Shown here piece by piece: positions 58,991 through 64,000 of a stretch of 64,000 nucleotides of DNA. Every line of letters begins with the position of its first letter. Position 1 is the first letter of the stretch. The notes beneath the pieces are model-generated. The model searched no databases and had not been told where the DNA came from. It saw only the letters and a program-made list of their open reading frames with translations. The stretch lies in assembly GCA_004554485.1 (NCBI GenBank), contig SFLS01000003.1, positions 12,484 to 76,483 on the forward strand, read 5' to 3'. Both the position numbers and the translations under genes were made by a program. The DNA is from Oscillospiraceae bacterium (GTDB lineage Bacteria > Bacillota > Clostridia > Oscillospirales > Ruminococcaceae).

Positions 58991-59206
58991 ATGGCTGAAT
59001 CTACCAAAAAGCCCAATATCTTTCAGCGTTGGGCACGCTCCTTCAAGGATATGCGCGGCGAGATGAAAAAGGTCGTTTGGCCCACCAAAAAGCAGGTGTG
59101 GAACAACACCCTTATCGTACTGGCAGTTGTCCTGATCGCCGGTATCGTTATCTGTGGGCTGGATATGCTGTTCTCGCTGGTCATCAAGCTGCTGCTCAAG
59201 GCCTGA
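58991..59206 (+). CDS. secE: Preprotein translocase SecE
   Basis: EMKKVVWPT + TM. Confidence 0.95.
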   Translation: MAESTKKPNIFQRWARSFKDMRGEMKKVVWPTKKQVWNNTLIVLAVVLIAGIVICGLDMLFSLVIKLLLKA

Positions 59207-59262
59207 TCCGCCTTTGGCAGGCAAAGGACCCCTGAACAAAAAACCAAACGGGAGGGAACAGA

Positions 59263-59787
59263 ATGGCTGAAGAAGCAAAGTGGTATGTGGTGCATACCTA
59301 TTCCGGGTATGAAAACAAGGTAGCCGACAGCATCGTCAACGCGGTGGAAAACCGTCAGCTGCATCACCTCATCACCGATGTCAATATCCCGACCGAAATG
59401 GTGGTCGAGATCAAGGAAGACGGCCAGAAGGTGGAAAAGGAGCAAAAGCTCTTCCCCAGCTACGTTTTTGTCAAGATGGTCATGACCGATGACAGCTGGT
59501 ACGTCGTCCGCAACATCCGCGGAGTTACGGGCTTTGTGGGCCCCGGCTCCAAACCGGTCCCCCTCACCGAACAGGAAATCGAGCGTTTCCGGGTGGAGAA
59601 CCGTCAGATCGAGACCAATTATGCCGTCGGCGACAGCGTCGAGGTCACCGGCGGATATCTGGAAGGCTTTGTGGGCGTCGTGGATGCCATCGATACCGAA
59701 AAACAGCTTACCCGCGTCACCGTTTCGATGATGGGCAAGGATGTTACCGTAGAGCTGGCCCTGAACGAAGTAAAGCCCCTGGAATAA
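59263..59787 (+). CDS. nusG: Transcription antitermination factor NusG
   Basis: WYVVHTYSGYENKV, WYVVRNIRGVTGFVG, KOW. Confidence 0.97.
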   Translation: MAEEAKWYVVHTYSGYENKVADSIVNAVENRQLHHLITDVNIPTEMVVEIKEDGQKVEKEQKLFPSYVFVKMVMTDDSWYVVRNIRGVTGFVGPGSKPVPLTEQEIERFRVENRQIETNYAVGDSVEVTGGYLEGFVGVVDAIDTEKQLTRVTVSMMGKDVTVELALNEVKPLE

Positions 59788-59866
59788 TAAAAGCAAAACA
59801 AAACCGTAAGTCCGTACGAAACGGGCAAATAGGCTCCGCCCCCAAAATGAGCCGGGAGCGCAGCCT

Positions 59867-59920
59867 GTGGGAGGAACCGTCCGCCAAAAACAAAATGGGA
59901 CGGCCCGCTATCATTACCAC
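59867..59920 (+). ncRNA. uL1-binding leader upstream of rplK
   Basis: GTGGGAGG...CCGCTA...ACCAC motif. Confidence 0.65.
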
Positions 59921-59940
59921 GTATTTGGAGGTGCAGAAAC

Positions 59941-60366
59941 ATGGCTCAGAAAGTAGTTGGCTATATCAAGCTGCAGATCCCTGCCGGCAAGGCAACCCCC
60001 GCGCCCCCCGTTGGTCCCGCACTGGGTCAGCACGGCGTCAACATTATGGCTTTCACCAAGGAATTCAATGAGCGCACCAAGAACGATGTCGGCCTCATTA
60101 TCCCTGTTGTGATCACCGTATACGCAGACCGTACTTTTAGCTTTATTACCAAGACTCCCCCTGCGGCAGTCCTCATCAAAAAGGCGATCAATCTGGAGTC
60201 CGGCTCCGGCGTTCCCAACAAGACCAAGGTTGGCAAGATCACCCGCGAGCAGCTGCAGAAGATCGCCGAACTGAAAATGCCCGACCTGAACGCTGCCAAC
60301 ATCGATACCGCCATCAGCATGATCGCCGGTACCGCGCGCAGCATGGGCGTAGAAGTCGAGGACTGA
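59941..60366 (+). CDS. rplK: 50S ribosomal protein L11
   Basis: [26 protein letters not shown]. Confidence 0.98.
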   Translation: MAQKVVGYIKLQIPAGKATPAPPVGPALGQHGVNIMAFTKEFNERTKNDVGLIIPVVITVYADRTFSFITKTPPAAVLIKKAINLESGSGVPNKTKVGKITREQLQKIAELKMPDLNAANIDTAISMIAGTARSMGVEVED

Positions 60367-60386
60367 TCGAACAGCTTTCTTGCAAA

Positions 60387-60415
60387 GTGGGAGGAACCAT
60401 TCCGCTAAATACCAC
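60387..60415 (+). ncRNA. uL1-binding leader upstream of rplA
   Basis: GTGGGAGGAACCATTCCGCTAAATACCAC. Confidence 0.75.
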
Positions 60416-60438
60416 ATTATAGGAGGATAATATAAGCT

Positions 60439-61152
60439 ATGAAGCATGGTAAGAAATATACAGAAAGCAGAAAGCTGGTAGACAGCACCAAGCTGTACGA
60501 GCCGGCTGAGGCTCTGGACCTTTGCACCAAGACCGGCAAGGCCAAATTTGATGAGACCGTCGAGATCCACGTCCGTCTGGGCGTAGACAGCCGTCACGCC
60601 GACCAGCAGGTCCGCGGCGCCGTGGTACTGCCCAACGGTACCGGCAAGAGCGTCCGTGTGCTGTGCTTTGCCCGCGGCGACGCCGCCGAAGCGGCCAAGG
60701 CTGCCGGCGCCGAGTTTGTAGGCGCCGAGGATATGATGGAGAAGATCCAGAAAGAAAACTGGATGGACTTTGATGTTGTAATCGCGACCCCCGACATGAT
60801 GGGTATCGTCGGTCGTTTGGGTAAGGTGCTGGGTCCCCGCGGCCTGATGCCCAACCCCAAGGCCGGTACCGTTACCCCCGATGCCGGACGCGCCGTTACC
60901 GAAGCCAAGGCCGGTAAGATCGAGTACCGCCTGGATAAGACCAACATCATCCACTGCCCCATCGGCAAGGTTTCCTTCGGTGCGCAGAAGCTGCAGGAAA
61001 ACTTTGATACCCTGATGGACGCGATTGTAAAGGCCAAGCCCGCCGCGGCCAAGGGTCAGTACGTCCGTTCCTGCGTGGTCGCCACCACCATGGGCCCCGG
61101 CGTCAAGATCAACCCGGCCCGCTTTGTTGCCGTTACCACTGCAGAAAACTGA
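60439..61152 (+). CDS. rplA: 50S ribosomal protein L1
   Basis: [36 protein letters not shown]. Confidence 0.98.
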   Translation: MKHGKKYTESRKLVDSTKLYEPAEALDLCTKTGKAKFDETVEIHVRLGVDSRHADQQVRGAVVLPNGTGKSVRVLCFARGDAAEAAKAAGAEFVGAEDMMEKIQKENWMDFDVVIATPDMMGIVGRLGKVLGPRGLMPNPKAGTVTPDAGRAVTEAKAGKIEYRLDKTNIIHCPIGKVSFGAQKLQENFDTLMDAIVKAKPAAAKGQYVRSCVVATTMGPGVKINPARFVAVTTAEN

Positions 61153-61224
61153 TAAAAACCCCATTGATAAGGCGGACTCCTGCGGGTCCGCCTTATTTTC
61201 ACGGCAGGGGGAAAGGAGCAGACC

Positions 61225-61570
61225 ATGAAAAAGATCGTCAAGGAATTTAAGGAATTCATCTCCCGCGGCAACGTGATGGATATGGCCGTCGGCGTTATTG
61301 TAGGCGGCGCGTTCGGCAAGATCACCTCCTCGCTGGTCAACGATGTCTTTATGCCCCTGCTGGGCTGGGTCGTCGGGGATATCGACCTGACCGCGCTGCA
61401 TCGATTTCCTGCTCATCGCGCTGGTCGTCTTTTTGTTTGTCAAGGCGGTCAACACCGCCCGCGCCAAGCTGGAAAAGCCGGAGGAGCCCGCGGCTCCCGC
61501 CGCCCCGCCGGAGCCCTCCAACGAGGAAAAGCTGTTGGCGGAAATCCGCGACCTGCTCAAAAAGCAATAA
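61225..61570 (+). pseudogene. mscL: Large-conductance mechanosensitive channel with frameshifting internal deletion
   Basis: [34 protein letters not shown] (TM1); after 61399 a shifted frame gives [18 protein letters not shown]...[15 protein letters not shown]; terminator follows. Confidence 0.88.
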
Positions 61571-61704
61571 ACCCTTTCAGGCGCCCGCCAAGGGCGCTTT
61601 TTTATGCGCCACACAAAATTTCTTTTTGGATGCAACAAAATCCAACGCAGCCGGCACTGATAGGGCAGCGGACAAAACGGAGACATCAAAAGGAGGAACC
61701 CCCT

Positions 61705-62712
61705 ATGAGAAAAAGAATCATCGCCGCCGCAGCCATTCTCGTGGCCGTGGCAGTGGCGCTGGCCGGCTGCGGGGCCGCCGTCAATCAGGACACGGCCGCC
61801 GCCGAGGAAAGCTACTTTTACGGCGTCAACGACTGGTCCGGCAAGAGCAGTACCGCAGGCTACGATATGCAGGAGGGGTATGCGGCCGAATCTCCGGCGG
61901 AACCGGAGCCGGGGACGTCCGTTGCCGCCGACCGCAAGCTGATCCAGACGGCATGGCTGGAGCTGGAAAGCCGGGAGTACGCCAAGGCCCTGGCGGCGCT
62001 GGAGCAGATGGCAGCGGACTGCGGCGGGTATATCGAAAGCCGCAGCGAGCAGGGCAGCAGCCTTTATAACAGCCGCTACAACGCGCGGTATGCCGAACTC
62101 ACGGCGCGCATCCCCGCCGACCGGCTGGAGGAGGCACTGACGGCCGCCGGAGGGCTGTGCAACGTGGTCAGCCGCAGCACCGATGTGGCGGATGTGACCG
62201 AAAGCTACACCGATACCGAAGCCCGCCTGGAGACGCTGCGCCTGCAGGAGCAGCGTCTGCTGGAGATCCTCTCCAAGGCCGATAAACTCAGCGACGTGCT
62301 GGAGCTGGAAAGCCGCCTGTCGGAGGTGCGGTATCAGATCGAAAGCTACGAAGCCAGCCTGCGCAGCATGGACAGCCGCATCAGCTACTCCACGCTGCAT
62401 ATCACTCTGCAGGAGGTCGTGGAATACAGCATCGTCAACGACCCGCCCCAGACGCTGGGCCAGCGCCTGTCGGATGGCTTTGCGGCATCGATGAAGATGG
62501 TGAAAAACGGGGCGGAAAATCTGCTGGTCTGGCTGGTCACCTTCCTGCCGGTCATCCTGCTGTGGGCGGTGGTGCTGGCGGCGGTCATCTGGCTGGCGGT
62601 ACGGCTGCTGCGCCGCCTGAAGCAGAACGGCAAGCTGCCCCGCCGCAAAAAGGGACAGAAAAAACAGGAGAAGGAAGATAAGCCTGTTTCTCAGGAGGAG
62701 CCCAAGGCATGA
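61705..62712 (+). CDS. DUF4349-like lipoprotein
   Basis: AGGAGG RBS; LAGC lipobox; [33 protein letters not shown]-terminal TM. Confidence 0.8.
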   Translation: MRKRIIAAAAILVAVAVALAGCGAAVNQDTAAAEESYFYGVNDWSGKSSTAGYDMQEGYAAESPAEPEPGTSVAADRKLIQTAWLELESREYAKALAALEQMAADCGGYIESRSEQGSSLYNSRYNARYAELTARIPADRLEEALTAAGGLCNVVSRSTDVADVTESYTDTEARLETLRLQEQRLLEILSKADKLSDVLELESRLSEVRYQIESYEASLRSMDSRISYSTLHITLQEVVEYSIVNDPPQTLGQRLSDGFAASMKMVKNGAENLLVWLVTFLPVILLWAVVLAAVIWLAVRLLRRLKQNGKLPRRKKGQKKQEKEDKPVSQEEPKA

Positions 62713-63356
62713 AAAAAGCGTGGTGTTTGCTGATGCTCCTGCTGATGCTGGCCGGCTGCGGCGAAGCGCCGGTGCCGGCCCCGGGCAGTGACGGCCCCAG
62801 CCGTCCGCAGCCCATCCCGCCGCGTACCGATGCCGTGACCCGCGCGGTAATGGTCGACGGGGAGCTTTACTACGATACGGGGGAGGTCATCACCGTGGGG
62901 CGCTGCGGCGTGATGGATGGCCGGATCACCTCCACGGTGGAGCAGAACGAGCTGCCGGCGCAGGACGGCCAGTCCAACTTCGGCATCGGCTGGGAGTACC
63001 AGTGGGTCGGGCCGTATAATTTCGATATCCCCATGGAGGACGGCTGGCGCCGCTTCCAGCGGGAGATCCCTGCCTGCGACTTTGCAGAGGAGCAGGCGGC
63101 GGTCGATGCGGCCGCGCCGGGGGTCGGAACAGGGAATTTTGTCTGCGGCGGGGAAGAGAAAGCCCCCACTGCGCAGGATGCCATCCAACTGGCCCGGCAG
63201 GAGTGCGCGCAGGAATACGATGCCGTCGAGGTCGCCTTTGACGCACAGGAGCAGTTGTGGCGGGTGTATTTCTCCCGGGACGGGTCGGCCGGCGGCGACG
63301 CGGCGGTGTGGCTCTCCGCAGACGGTGTCACCCGGCTTGTGGTCTGCGGGGAATGA
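62709..63356 (+). CDS. Hypothetical lipoprotein
   Basis: LAGC lipobox; ATGA coupling to the upstream gene. Confidence 0.7.
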   Translation: MKKAWCLLMLLLMLAGCGEAPVPAPGSDGPSRPQPIPPRTDAVTRAVMVDGELYYDTGEVITVGRCGVMDGRITSTVEQNELPAQDGQSNFGIGWEYQWVGPYNFDIPMEDGWRRFQREIPACDFAEEQAAVDAAAPGVGTGNFVCGGEEKAPTAQDAIQLARQECAQEYDAVEVAFDAQEQLWRVYFSRDGSAGGDAAVWLSADGVTRLVVCGE

Positions 63357-63534
63357 CAGGCAAATCAAAAAGCGGCTTTGGCCCATGGGCCGGGGCCGCT
63401 TCTTTGATCGGAAAGCCCGGGTGAAAACTGCATTCATCACAAGGACAAAAAAGAGAGAATAAAAAGCCGGGCGCTCCGCTTGACAGGGATCAGGCGGAAG
63501 GCCCGGCTATTTTCGTATCCGGCTCGGTCATAAA

Positions 63535-63882
63535 CTATGGCTGGCGTTTGTACCGGTCCTCATGCCGGCTCATATCCACCACATGGCGGATCAGCAGCAC
63601 CAGCCAGATGCCCCACGCCAGCGCCGAACCGATCCCGGGGAAGAAGCAATCTACCGCGCTGCCCACGATAAAGCACAGCGACCACAGCACCATGCGCCGG
63701 CCGAAGTCGGCGCACAGCCGTCCGGTATCATACTGCCGCTGTTCGGCCTCGCTTTTGCTGTTAAAACCGGCAATGTATCGTGCTGCGCGTCCGTCGGACC
63801 GCCAAAAGCCGTATCCGGTCAGCACAAAAATCGCGGCCATCAGGGCGTCAAAGGGGATCAGAAAATCTTTCAGCGACTCCAT
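63535..63882 (-). CDS. DUF3784-like small membrane protein
   Basis: TM..YIAGFNSKSEAEQRQYD..L motif; three TM; AGGAGG RBS. Confidence 0.7.
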   Translation of the reverse strand: MESLKDFLIPFDALMAAIFVLTGYGFWRSDGRAARYIAGFNSKSEAEQRQYDTGRLCADFGRRMVLWSLCFIVGSAVDCFFPGIGSALAWGIWLVLLIRHVVDMSRHEDRYKRQP

Positions 63883-63901
63883 CGAGGGATGCCTCCTTTG
63901 C

Positions 63902-64000
63902 TCATTTCGGCGTGGTCAGCGCCGCCTTCAGCGCAGCAAAGCTGCACGCCGGCAGATGCAGGGCATGGGAGGCGTCGGGCAGCAGCGCTTCGGTGCGGTG
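63902..64000 (-). CDS. 3' end of an upstream CDS (truncated by window end)
   Basis: ...HRTEALLPDASHALHLPACSFAALKAALTTPK*; stop next to the RBS of the following gene. Confidence 0.45.
   Translation of the reverse strand, partial: HRTEALLPDASHALHLPACSFAALKAALTTPK

Noticed and set aside
61225..62712. 495-aa MscL-DUF4349 fusion protein
   Set aside because: Produced by the mscL frameshift; a terminator, a separate RBS and a lipoprotein signal lie between the two genes.

Overview
GC-rich, core-chromosome window from a spore-forming Clostridia-class anaerobe (Oscillospiraceae/Ruminococcaceae-like, inferred from gene content). It is mostly housekeeping: ribosomal clusters (rplJ-rplL; yceD-rpmF; rpmG-secE-nusG-rplK-rplA), aminoacyl-tRNA synthetases (argS, trpS, gltX), tRNA modification (mtaB, tadA, tmcAL), cell wall (murI, ddl, LCP, two class B sortases plus an NPxTG substrate), a malQ/LacI sugar ABC operon, a PerR-box oxidative-stress operon, an ARG-box amino-acid ABC operon, sporulation genes (spoIIE, spmAB, abrB), a two-component system with htrA, and tRNA-Arg(CCT). 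I saw no transposase, integrase, phage gene or CRISPR array. The main unexplained signal is a family of nine 78-95 bp intergenic elements. Each folds into a near-perfect four-way junction: a conserved CCCGCAGGG...CCCTGCGGG closing stem plus three sequence-variable, co-varying arms capped mostly by C-(GNA/TNC)-G triloops. Two copies abut tandem duplications that break inside the closing stem. abrB and mscL carry frameshifting internal deletions; these and the duplications may be real or assembly artefacts. All protein calls come from motif recognition by eye, not database searches.
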